Shown here: positions 24,391 to 35,732 of the stretch, piece after piece
Layout of the letters: each line of letters starts with the position of its first letter
Position numbering within the stretch: position 1 is the first letter of the stretch
Assembly: GCF_006345805.1 (NCBI RefSeq)
Contig: NC_043020.1
Location: 5,270,001-5,334,000 of the forward strand
Length of the DNA: 64,000 nucleotides
Origin: Octopus sinensis
Taxonomy: Eukaryota
Direction of reading: 5' to 3'
Made by a program: the position numbers and the translations under genes
Notes under the pieces: model-generated
Databases searched by the model: none
Told to the model about the DNA's origin: nothing
What the model saw: only the letters and a program-made list of their open reading frames with translations

Positions 24391-25738
24391 AGGTCATACC
24401 CCAAATTTAGGGTAAATTTCTGTATTAACACCCGCACGATTTTCACTAAGGGAAAAAACCAAAAAAAAAAACTCGGATTTTTTTTTGCATGGAATCAAAT
24501 ACCCTGACCTCCAAATATGCTGCAAACCCCTTATTTTGGTTCGGAAAAAAGCGGGTAGGGGATCCCCCCGTCCCGGAATCATTGGAAATTTTTTCGTTGA
24601 TACCTCCTAAAAATGCGGGGAGGGACCGCCCCGCCTTTTTCTGAACCAAAATAAAGGATTTGTAACATATTAGGAGGTCAGGGTACCTGATACCATGCCA
24701 AAAAATCTGATTTTTTTTTTTTTTTAGTGAAAATCGTGCGGCTGAAAAGATCAGTGGAGGTGAAATTTCCGAGGCTTCCACGTCATCCCACCACGTTTTT
24801 CGGACCCGCCCCCAAAAGGTTTTGTAGCATATTAGGAGATCACAGGAATTCATTCAATGAAAAAAAAAAATCAAGTTTCTAATGATTCCGGGATGCAGGG
24901 GGTCCCCGCCTCTGTCCCCCTCCTCCCTTTCTGAACCAAAATAAGGGATTTGCAACATATTAGGGGGTCAGGGTACTTGATACCATGCCAAAAAATCCAA
25001 GTTTTTTTTTTCTTAATGAAAATCATGCAGGTGCTAATACAGAAATTTACGGATCTTTTTGATTTGAACGGCAGTTTTTTCCAGCGGTGTCATATGAAAT
25101 TGTCACCCTAGTATCGATCTATTGCATTTCAATCTGTGTTAGGGTTAGGATTGGGGGGAAGGGTATCTTTTTTCTTCAGAAATGAGGGACATATTCATGC
25201 GGCACCAAATGTTTCTTACCTCAATGGACGTCATTGATTGGTTGAAATCGCAGAAATTGAAGAAAAAAAACAACAAATATCTTACAAACTATAGAATTTT
25301 CTCAATAAAACCAAGAGAAAAAGATGTTTTATAAACACATTCTACCAGTATACGAAGTTTAAAATTTTTTAGTTACCTAGAAATCATGTTAAAAACTGCC
25401 GTTCAAACCGAAAAGATCCATAAACCCAATCTGTTTCTTAAACGAGGGACATATTCATACGGCACAGAATGTTTTTTACCTCAATGGACGTCAGTGATTG
25501 GTTGAAATTGCAGAAATTGAAGAAAAACAACAACAAATATCTTACAAACTATAGAATTTTCTCAATAAAGCCAAGAGAAAAAGATGTTTTTAAAACACAT
25601 TCTACCAGTATACGAAGTTTAAAATTTTTTAGTTACCTAGAAATTGTTACAAACTGCCGTTCAAACTGAAAAGATCCCAATTGATTTTCTTCATCAAACG
25701 TAATACACCTCTATTCAATAATTCGGGGTTATGACCTC
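24391..25738. mobile_element. Fold-back TIR element with MITE copies inserted in its right arm
   Basis: AGGTCATACCCC..TAAATTTCTGTATTAACACC matches GGTGCTAATACAGAAATTTAC (25031-25051) and GGGGTTATGACCT (about 25726-25738). MITE sequence at 25052-25677 lies between them. Confidence 0.65.
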
Positions 25739-25795
25739 ATTTTCAAGAAATTGACAAATGTTGCCGTGGCCTTACCCACGATCTTTTATACAATT

Positions 25796-25861
25796 TATAT
25801 ATATATGTGTGTGTGTGCGTGTGTGTGTGTGTGTGTATATGTGTGTGTCTGTGTGTGTGTA

Positions 25862-25892
<31 letters not shown>

Positions 25893-26134
25893 ATATATGT
25901 GTGTGTGTGTGTGTGTGTATATATATGTGTGTGTATATATATGTGTGTGTGTGTGTGTATATATATATATGTGTGTGTGTGTGTATATATATATGTGGTG
26001 TGTGTGTGTATATATATGTGTGTGTGTGTGTATATATATATGTGTGTGTGTTGTGTGTGTATATATATGTGTGTGTGTGTGTGTATGTATATATATATAT
26101 GTTGTGTGTGTGTGTGTATATATATATGTGTGTG

Positions 26135-26205
<71 letters not shown>

Positions 26206-26302
26206 ATATATATGTGTGTGTGTGTGTGTATATATATATATGTGTGTGTGTGTGTATATATATATGTGTGTGTGTGTGTATATATATATGTGTGTGTGTG
26301 TG

Positions 26303-26333
<31 letters not shown>

Positions 26334-26415
26334 ATATATATGTGTGTGTGTGTGTGTATGTATATATATATATGTGTGTGTGTGTGTATGTATATATATA
26401 TGTGTGTGTGTTGTG

Positions 26416-26466
<51 letters not shown>

Positions 26467-26500
26467 GTGTATGTATATATATATGTGTGTGTGTGTGTGT
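25796..26500. repeat. Compound (TG)n/(TA)n microsatellite, about 700 bp
   Basis: Direct reading; source of the 250-300 aa low-complexity ORFs. Confidence 0.97.
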
Positions 26501-26602
26501 TTGTCCATCACCTGTCTCTGTTTTCTGGTTATTTTTGGGAACAATTTTGAATCTTGCATAACTTCTTGCTATTTTTCTTTTTTTTGTCCTTTCATTTTGT
26601 AG

Positions 26603-26722
26603 ATTGATGAAAAGAAGGTTGCTCATATATCTGCTGTGATAATGCTGAGAAGATCTGACAAACAAGCTGACCGTGTTGAAATTTCCCCTGAACAACTGTC
26701 GGCTGCATCTATCAAGGCAGAG
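26603..26722 (+). CDS. BRCC3: BRCC3 exon 2
   Basis: IDEKKVAHISAVIMLRRSDKQADRVEISPEQLSAASIKAE; AG/GT, phase 0/0. Confidence 0.95.
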
Positions 26723-26901
26723 GTTCGTTCACCCTTTTTTTAATATTTTTTTTGACCGTGTGGTAAGTAGCTTGTTTCCCAACCACTAGGTACTGGTTTC
26801 AGTCCCACTGCATGGCACCTTGGGCAAGTGTCTTCTATAATCTCAAGCCGACCAAAGCCGTGTGAGTGGATTTGGTAGATGGAAACTGAAAGAAGCCCAT
26901 C

Positions 26902-26951
<50 letters not shown>

Positions 26952-27804
26952 TATATATAGCACCTTTTGAGTGTGATTGTTGCCAGTGTTGCCTTACTAG
27001 CAACTGTGCAGGTGGTACGTGAAAAACAGCTTTTGAGCGTGGTCATTGCCAGTATCGCCTGGGTGGCTCTTGTGCCGGTGGCACATAAAAGCACCCACTA
27101 TAATCTCGGAGTGGTTGGCATTTGGAAGGGCATCCGGCTGTAGAAACTTTGCCAGATCAGATTGGAGCCTGGTTTAGCCCTCTGGCTTGCCAGTCCTCAC
27201 TTAAACCGTCCAACCCATACCAGCATGGAAAGCGGACGTTAAACGACGATGATGATGGATGATTATAAAGGAATAATTACTATGAAGCATTGTGTAGAAT
27301 ATATTTGTATAAAAGGTCATGGATAAAGCCAAGTCAGTGAGTTGGCAGAGTCGTTAACATACAGGACAAAATGCTTAGCAACACTTATGTTCTGAGTTCA
27401 AATTCTGCCATGGTCAACTTTGCTATCATACTTTCAGGGTTGATAAAACAAGAACTGGTTGAGCACCAGAGTTGATGTAACCCACTGGCCACTATAAAAT
27501 TTCAACCCTTGTTTCTATCACAGAAAGAATTATTATTAAAGCGGTGAGCTCAAAGAATTGTTAACACATCAAACAAATGCTTAGTGACATTTCCTCTGGT
27601 TTTACATTTTGGTAATTAAATTCTGCTGAGGTTGACCTTGCCTTTGATCCTTTCGGGGTCAATAAAATAAGTACCGGTTGAGCACTGGGGTCAATGTAAT
27701 TGACTTACCCCTTCTCCCCCAAATTTCAGGCCTTGTGCCTAAAGCAGAAAGGACTTATTATTTTCACTTCAAAATTTTTAATCTCACGAAATTCTATTTT
27801 ACAG

Positions 27805-27892
27805 GAATTAGCCATAGAACTTAAACAACCCCTCAGGGTACTCGGTTGGTACCATTCACACCCACACATCACAGTTTGGCCATCTCATGTTG
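27805..27892 (+). CDS. BRCC3: BRCC3 exon 3 (JAMM HSH motif)
   Basis: ELAIELKQPLRVLGWYHSHPHITVWPSHV; phase 0/1. Confidence 0.97.
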
Positions 27893-28544
27893 GTAAGCTT
27901 TCTTTCATCATGGCTTTTTTACATTAACAAATTTAACCTTCTTGTTACCGTATTTCTGTTGAAATTCACTTCCTTCGTTTCATTTAATTTTGAAAAAATT
28001 AATTTAGTTAAAGTAACTTTGTCGTTATCAAGTTTCTGTTTGGAGTATAGATTAACAGGAAATTTTGAATGAAGGTTTTTAGATCACTTTAAACCTTTTG
28101 TTACCATATTACTATTGAAATACGTTGTCTTTCATCCTTTCGGGGTCGATAAATTAATTACCAGTTACGCACTGGGGTCGATGTAATCGACTTAATCCCT
28201 TTATCTGTCCTTGTTTGTCCCCTCTATGTTTAGCCCCCTGTGGGCAATAAAGAAATAAGGGTGGCCTTTTGAAATACAGGCACACCTCATTTTCGCCAGT
28301 TGAGTGGAATTGGAGCAATGTGAAGTAAAGTGTCTTGTCCAAGGACACAATGCCCCACCAGGAATTGAACCCACAACCGTACATGACTGCTCATATTTTA
28401 GAAGAGAGGGTGGGGGTGATCAAGTGGAGACAGAGAGAGATGTGGGGGGAAAGTAGGAGATGACTAGCAGATCTGAGCTGCAGAATATTATTGTTGAAGC
28501 AGTATCTGTATTTTGCATCTTCTACGTTTTATTTTATTCCCAAG

Positions 28545-28633
28545 ACGTCCAAACTCAGGCCATGTACCAAATGATGGAACCAGGCTTCATTGGGCTCATC
28601 TTTTCCGTTTTTAATGAAGACAAAAACTCAAAG
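28545..28633 (+). CDS. BRCC3: BRCC3 exon 4
   Basis: DVQTQAMYQMMEPGFIGLIFSVFNEDKNSK; completes HSH-x7-S-x2-D; phase 1/0. Confidence 0.95.
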
Positions 28634-29064
28634 GTAAGTTCTGTGAAGTTTTTGATTTTTATTTTATATTTTTGCTAGTTTTTGTTAACTGGATTGTGAC
28701 CAGGCTGCAACGTTAATTATCTGTGTATGTGTATATAAATATATGTGTAAAGATATATATATATATACACACACACAAAATTTAGAAGATTGACCACTAA
28801 AAGTAGACAGCCTGTATACTAGAAATAGACGTCAAAATCACTATTTTCTACGGAGAATGTGTTCTCGAGAAAAAAATTTTTCTTGAGAACGCATTTTCCA
28901 TGGAAAATGGCGATTTTGACGTCTATTTCTAGTATACACGCTGTCCACTTTTAGTGGTCAATCCTCTAAATTTTGTATGTAAAAAATTTTTAATCTTTGG
29001 ATTTTTTAAAATATACTAGACCACTGGTTTTAATTGATTAATATCAATTTCTACCCTTATTTAA

Positions 29065-29284
29065 CCCTTTGGTGTTCAAATTTCTCTATTAAATCTAATA
29101 CTTTTCCACTCAAATTATTTTAAATTGATCATGCATTACGTTATAGCTTTGAGGTTTCAATGATGTGATTGTTTATTTTTAGAATGTCAATGTAGGTTAG
29201 GTGTGAGAGGCTAGATATGGCCAATTTGAATATAAAACATTTAGAATATTTGGGCCGGATATGGCCGGTTTAAACACTAAAGGG
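29065..29284. mobile_element. piggyBac-like MITE
   Basis: TTAA|CCCTTT...AAAGGG|TTAA. Related copies near 40080, 40630-41350 and 51070-51292. Confidence 0.75.
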
Positions 29285-29289
29285 TTAAT

Positions 29290-29321
<32 letters not shown>

Positions 29322-29762
29322 TGGAAAAAAAAGTCAAGGTAGAAAATGCAAAAATAATTTTATAGAAAACATTTCAGTACTGGTTTCACTCATTGAGACT
29401 TTTCAATTGTAAGTATGGAAAGCAATTAAATTTTGGAAAAATTAAAAGAAAATTTCTTTAAAAGAATATTTGCAATCTCAGTGTGTGTATGTAAAAGGGA
29501 TGGGGTATGTGAATGTGTGTTTTTGTGTGCGCGTGCAATGGAAGTGGAATGGTTCATTTATGTTCACTTAGTATTTGGGTTTATTTTTTGATTTCGTTGA
29601 ATCCTGGTTGTTGTTTTTTTTTTAGCATTTTGCTAGAAAAAAATCATTCTAAAATTGATTTTTTTAATGTAAGCATGCCCAAACATGTTGAATGCTCACA
29701 CAGAACAGGTTTTACAGCCACCTCATCCAAACCGACCGGGTGAAACCGTGCTTAGCTGCTAG

Positions 29763-29793
<31 letters not shown>

Positions 29794-30622
29794 TTAAAGC
29801 ACAATTTATTTGTAATCAGAGTTGTTCAAAAACCAAGGTACTACTGTATTTCTAAAAATACACACAAGATAAATTTTATAATATCTTGAATTGAAAGGGG
29901 AGAGAGAGATAGATAGATTTACCAATTAAAGAAGTGTAGTAATGAGAGAGGGGAACAAAGTACCTTATCTAAGGTCAATGTGCTTGAACATTTATAATTA
30001 GTAACAAGGACACAGAATTCAGAAGTTTAGAAGAAAGTACATTAATTAAAGTGGGGGAGGTGGTGACCATTTCCTAACAGGTGAATGTTCTGTCACTCCC
30101 CGAAAAAATAGTTGTTTTATATATATATGAGGTTTCTATGTGATTTAATATCCCATTTGTCAGGTTGGCACAGGTAGGACGAATCTACATGAACTGATGA
30201 GCCAAATGGCTGCATCAAACTCCAGGGTTTTCTTTGACATGGTTTCTACAGCTGGATGCCATTCCTAATGCCAACCACTTCACAGACTGTACTGGGTGCT
30301 TTTTTTTCTCATGGCACCAGCACTGGTGAGCTCACCAAGTCTTGAGGGTGCAAGACAAAACCCCTTAACTGAGTGAGGTATGATATTGAAGGATATGAAA
30401 GTATGATGGAGGGATGATAGAAACAGGTGTGTGAAGAATATATGGCTTCCCCCATCTGGAGAGAGAGAGATGTGAGGTCAAGGTGCAAGTGAAATATATT
30501 TACCATGAACCTCTATATTTCAAGGCTGTTTTTCTATCTGCTACCTGGGGAACCTGATGGGTAGGGGTTCTTTTTTCTATTTGATCCTGTGGGAAATTTT
30601 ATTATTTTTCCTTCTATTTCAG

Positions 30623-30681
30623 CAAAACAAAATCCAAACAACTTGTTTTCAGTCCAGAAAGAGCAGTTTATCTGAGAATCA
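30623..30681 (+). CDS. BRCC3: BRCC3 exon 5
   Basis: QNKIQTTCFQSRKSSLSENQ; strong acceptor, GTAAGT donor; phase 0/2 bridges exons 4 and 6. Confidence 0.88.
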
Positions 30682-30829
30682 GTAAGTCTTTGCTTCTATA
30701 TTTATGATGTCCTTGTCATATTGTAATCACAGGCATAACTGAGGAGTTTTAAGAAGATTGCTTTTTTGTGTGTGTGTGTGTGTTTGCTGGACATTGTTGT
30801 AGAGCTGAAAAAGAGGTAATTTCTACTCT

Positions 30830-31015
30830 TCTCCTCTGGAAGTCATCTACTCGCAATACCAGAGGGCACAAACTCTCCTACCCTGATGTAATCTCCAGGG
30901 ATACAGGCATCCAGCAACAGGACCTCCATAATGCCATGATGGACCATGAAGTCTGGCGTAGCATGGTAAATTCCATTGTCTCGACCACGGTCGATCAATG
31001 ATGATGATGATGTGT
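30830..31015 (+). mobile_element. 5'-truncated RTE-type LINE 3' end with (GAT)n tail
   Basis: LWKSSTRNTRGHKLSYPDVISRDTGIQQQDLHNAMMDHEVWRSMVNSIVSTTVDQ* then ATGATGATG; same family as the insert at 1892-2075. Confidence 0.7.
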
Positions 31016-31159
31016 ATCACCATCATCATCATCATCATTTAACGTCTGTTGTCCATGCTGGCATAGCTTGGACGGTTTGACCAGGGCTGCACCAGACTCC
31101 AGTTTGATTTTGCATGGTTTCTATGGCTGGATGCCCTTTGAAATACAAAAGAGTAAATA

Positions 31160-31640
31160 TATTCAATAAAATCGCCATTGGCTTCAACCATGGCCTCCAG
31201 ACGACTTCAGATTTTCCTGCAACTCTTCTGGACGGTCTCCATGTTAAAGTTGATGAATACTGCCATAATTCTCGTCTTCAGTTCATCTTTGGTGTTACAA
31301 GGAGTTTTGTTGGTCTCTCACTCAACTGCACCCCACACATAATAATCAAGGGGGTTGCAGCTTGGGGAATTAGGTGGCCAGATATTCGAAGTGAAGTGGT
31401 AACAGAAATTGTCCGACAGCTATGACTGGGTTCTCCTGTTTGTGTGGCATGGTGCCAAGTCTTGTTGCCAGACATAAGGTCTTCCAGCAGCCACCTTCTT
31501 GACTCAGAGCAGCACTACTTCTTTCGGGCACTAGATGTAGGCCTCTGTTGAGTTTGAGGGTGTGTGGGAAGACGAATGGAGGTGTAACATCACTATCACT
31601 AGTGATCACTCCAATCACCATGATGTTGACTTGGATGCTT
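31160..31640 (-). mobile_element. Tc1/mariner-superfamily transposase C-terminal remnant
   Basis: Minus strand QQDLAPCH...WPPNSPSCNPLDYYVWGAVE...LEAMVEANGDFIE*, with internal stops. Confidence 0.85.
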
Positions 31641-31744
31641 GATTTTTATCACTCTCAGTACATGTCCTCAGATTGACTCCTAGACACTCTGAAATGTTCG
31701 TATTGGAGCTTCTGCCAAGTGTATATGTGTGTGTGTATATATAT

Positions 31745-31879
31745 ATATATATATTGTATATTATTATATGCATGTATGTGTGTGTATATATATATATTGT
31801 ATATTATTATATGCATGTATATTATATATTGTATATTATTATATGCATGTATATTATATATTGTATATTATTATATGCA

Positions 31880-31880
<1 letters not shown>
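31745..31880. repeat. 32-bp minisatellite (ATATTGTATATTATTATATGCATGTATATTAT)
   Basis: GCATG recurs at 31813 and 31845; about 4 units. Confidence 0.8.
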
Positions 31881-31912
<32 letters not shown>

Positions 31913-32279
31913 TTAATTGAAAGTGACCCATCCATTTCCAAGTGTGTGTGTGTGTGTGCATATATATATATATATATATGGGGGTGGGAGCACCAAAACC
32001 TTTTAAGTGCTTAGGGCTTAATCTGTCCCTGTTTAGCGGTAGAGGTGAATGCTGTGAGTGAGGAACATGAGTGGTTGCATTGTCAACGGTAAATATCACT
32101 TTAGAAAGGAGGTGGTGGCAGCACAGGTAACATGAAGTGTGGGCAGTGTGCCAGAGATGCACAGTGTTGGGGACAGGATCAGAGGTATGAAAATTACTGG
32201 GAGCCCTATGTTATGAATATTACCTCACTGGAATTACCAAAATATGAGTTGTAAGATGATGATGTCTTCTTTGCTTCAG

Positions 32280-32455
32280 ATTTGAACGTATTGAAATTCC
32301 GCTCAACATAGTGCCCAGTGGTAGCATCGGTCAAGCCTGCCTAGAGTCTCTCGTAGATCTGCCCAGAATCATAAGCCAGGAAGAAGATGAAGCTTACCAA
32401 GGCCTGGCACAGAACTCTGATATGGATCTCATCACAAAGTTACACAATGCCTCAG
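32280..32455 (+). CDS. BRCC3: BRCC3 exon 6
   Basis: FERIEIPLNIVPSGSIGQACLESLVDLPRIISQEEDEAYQGLAQNSDMDLITKLHNAS; phase 2/1. Confidence 0.95.
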
Positions 32456-32660
32456 GTAAGAAAAGCTTTTACTTTCCCAACTCTTTGTCTGTGTGTGTCT
32501 CTCTCTCTTTGTTCTGGAGCAATACACTATACGAACCACATGGTTCCAGGTTCAGTCCCACTGCGTGGCACCTTGGGCAAGTGTCTTCTGCTATAGCCTC
32601 AGGCCGACCAAAGCCTTGTGAGTGGATTTGGTAGATGGAAACTAAAAGAAGCCCATCATA

Positions 32661-32699
<39 letters not shown>

Positions 32700-34046
32700 T
32701 CATCATCATTTAACGTCCGTTTTCCGGGCTAGCATGGATTGGAAGGTTCGACCGGGGATCTGGGAAGCCAGAAGGCTGCACCAGGCTCCAGTCTGATCTG
32801 GCAGTGTTTCTACAGCTGGATGCCCTTCCTAACGCCAGCCACTCCGTGAGTGTAGTGGGTGCATTTTATGTGCCACCTGCACAGGTGCCAGGCGAGGCTG
32901 GCAACGGCCACGATTGGATTGGTGCATTTTACGTGCCACCGGCACGGAAGCCAGTCGAGGCGACGCTGGCATTGGCCACGATTCGGATGGTGCTTTTCAC
33001 GTACCACCGGCATGGAAGCCAGTCTAGGCGGCGCTAGCATCGGCCACCTTCAGATGGTGCTGTTTACGTGCCACCGGCTCAGGGATCACAACTGCAGCTT
33101 CCATTGATTTTGATGTCGGTGTACTTGGCTCAATGGATCTCCTCAAGCACAGGGTCGAAATGGTGTTTTCTCACTTGCCACGTGCACAGGGGTCAGTCCA
33201 GCGGTCCTGGCAACTGTCGGGTGCCAGCCATAGGATTGGTTCAATTTCGATTCCTATTTCACTTGCCCCAACAGGTCTTTGCAGTGTGTGTCTGTGTTTG
33301 TCCCTGCAACATCACTTGACAACCGATGCTGGTGTGTTTACGTCCCCGTAACTTAGCAGTTCGGCAAAAGGGACCGATAGAATAAGTACTAGGCTTACAA
33401 AGAGTAAGTCCTGGAATCGATTTGCTCGACTAAAGGCAGTGCTCCAGCATGGCCACAGTCAAATGAATGAAACAAGTAAAAGGGTAACAAATCAATGCAA
33501 TTACTGTATAAATGACTATTTCCTAACGATTATATTATTATAAAGAATTGTTTTAAACACAGAACATTAAGTTAACAAATATAAATACTAATTTTTATTG
33601 TAAAGCTACAAGCACAGATCCTTCTATACAAAAAAATCAAATATCTTATAAATAATAAGAGTAGGAATTACTTATTAAATAATATCAATTTCAACTAGTG
33701 GTCAGCATACTTAAAAGTGTCCGAGGATTGTGAGTTCTATTTATGGATCCCTTGTATGCTAAGAATAGATGTCAAACCGTCTTACCACTAAATCTGTATT
33801 CTCAACTTGGTAAGACGCTAGATGTACATTTGTACATTACTGCATATGCTTTATACACACTTTTGACAAGTTGTAGTGCACCTGAGCACTGTATACAATA
33901 ACTTCATTATTATTATTATTATTAGTATTAGTATTATGTTTACAAGTTAGACAAATGAAAAGTGCTCTGTTTATTTCTTTCCATTCATACCATTAAATTC
34001 CAGAGCATAGCTGTGTTCAAGTCATTAAATCTCAGTGTAGTATTTA

Positions 34047-34454
34047 AATTTCAGTGCATAGTTGCAGTGAAACCATTAAATTTCAGGGTCTAACTGCAGT
34101 CAAGCCATTAATAAATCTCGTTAAATTTCAGTGTATAGCTGCAGTGAAACCATTAAATTTCAGGGTATAACTGCAGTCAAGCCATTAATAAATCTCGTTA
34201 AATTTCAGTGTATAGCTGCAGTGAAAACAATAAATTTCAGGGTCTAACTGCAGTCAAGCCATTAATAAATCTCGTTAAATTTCAGTGTATAGTTGCAGTG
34301 AAACCATTAAATTTCAGGGTCTAACTGCAGTCAAGCCATTAATAAATCTCGTTAAATTTCAGTGTATAGCTGCAGTGAAACCATTAAATTTCAGGGTCTA
34401 ACTGCAGTCAAGCCATTAATAAATATCGTTAAATTTCAGTGTATAGCTGCAGCC
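34047..34454 (+). repeat. 77-bp tandem repeat (5 full units plus a partial one) ending at the BRCC3 terminal acceptor
   Basis: AATTTCAGTG starts at 34047, 34124, 34201, 34278, 34355 and 34432. Confidence 0.95.
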
Positions 34455-34591
34455 TGGCTCTGATCATGGAAGTATTGATGGGACCTTTGATGCAAACCCT
34501 GGAAGCAAGGCATGAAAGAAATTTGCTACGTATCCAAGAACTCACCCAAAAACGGCGCCAACTCTTGAACCAGATTGAAGCTGGGACATGA
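34440..34591 (+). CDS. BRCC3: BRCC3 exon 7 (terminal)
   Basis: (V)YSCSLALIMEVLMGPLMQTLEARHERNLLRIQELTQKRRQLLNQIEAGT*; phase 1; ungapped match to the recalled BRCC36 C-terminal helices (..GPLLQWLE..). Total CDS 792 nt. Confidence 0.9.
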
Positions 34592-35083
34592 ACTCATGAA
34601 GCGGATTAGCAAGGCTTTATTTTATTTTATTATTTTTTTTGCAGCAATTTTTTTTTTAAAAAAAAGTAAACCTTTAAACAACAAATTGCAAAGCAGTTTT
34701 ATATCCCTATCTCCACACAACTCCAAAATGTATTTAACAGACCCCTAACCCTGTAAAGTATTAAAGCAAAACTGCTTTGTCGTCATGCCATAAAAAAATG
34801 ACTTTGGAAATATCAGAGAACAGATTCCTATATATATATATATTTTTTTTTTTTCCCTTTTTCCTTTTTTTTTTCTTTCAAAATATGACCTCGTGTGCAC
34901 CGTTGGCGATTTTTTTTTTTTTCCTCTGTCTTCCCTTCTCTGGATCTTTCCTTCTCCTATGTTTCCAACGAAGAGCTCCGCTCGAAACGTTAAACCCTCC
35001 TTCTTTCCTGAGCGTCCAATAATACTATATTTGTTCAACGTCCTCGCGTTGTTGTGTTTTTTTGTGTTTTCTTGTTTGGATTA

Positions 35084-35128
<45 letters not shown>

Positions 35129-35670
35129 TACTTCACCAAAACAAATCCTGGAAAATATATATATAAGAAAAAATTATTGTCAAACTGCTTTATATGTTTT
35201 ACCCCAGCTATTAAAAAGGCTTAAAGAAACACTACAAAAGTTATTTAAACCCCACACTGACCAGAATAGGACAATTAGGTGCAGCTGTTTTGGTGCTGGT
35301 GATTTGGCATGGCTGACTGGAGATTAAGCTTGTTTTAGCAACAGTATTTCTCAGTACTCGAGACACACACACACACACACACACATGTACACATGTGTGC
35401 ATGCACAGAAATACAAGAGTGGGCAAAAGTACGTAGATAGTTGTTCAATACGAGTCGAATGTTCTTTTCGTTTACTCTTTTACTTGTTTCAGTCGTTTGA
35501 CTGTGGCCATGCTGGAGCACCGCCTTTTTAAGTCGAGCAAATCGACCCCAGGACTTATTCTTTGTAAGCCTAGTACTTATTGCATCGGTCTCTTTTGCCG
35601 AACCGCTAAGTGACGGGGACGTAAACACACCAGCATCGGTTGTCAAGCGATGTCGTAGGGACAAACACAG

Positions 35671-35732
<62 letters not shown>

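Noticed and set aside
25751-26695. Five ORFs of 247-307 aa
   Set aside because: Translations of a (TG)n/(TA)n microsatellite; only 26603-26722 is a real exon.
34047-34454. 77-bp array as CRISPR-like or as a coding extension
   Set aside because: No unique spacers, eukaryotic context, and units are not a multiple of 3 and hit stops.
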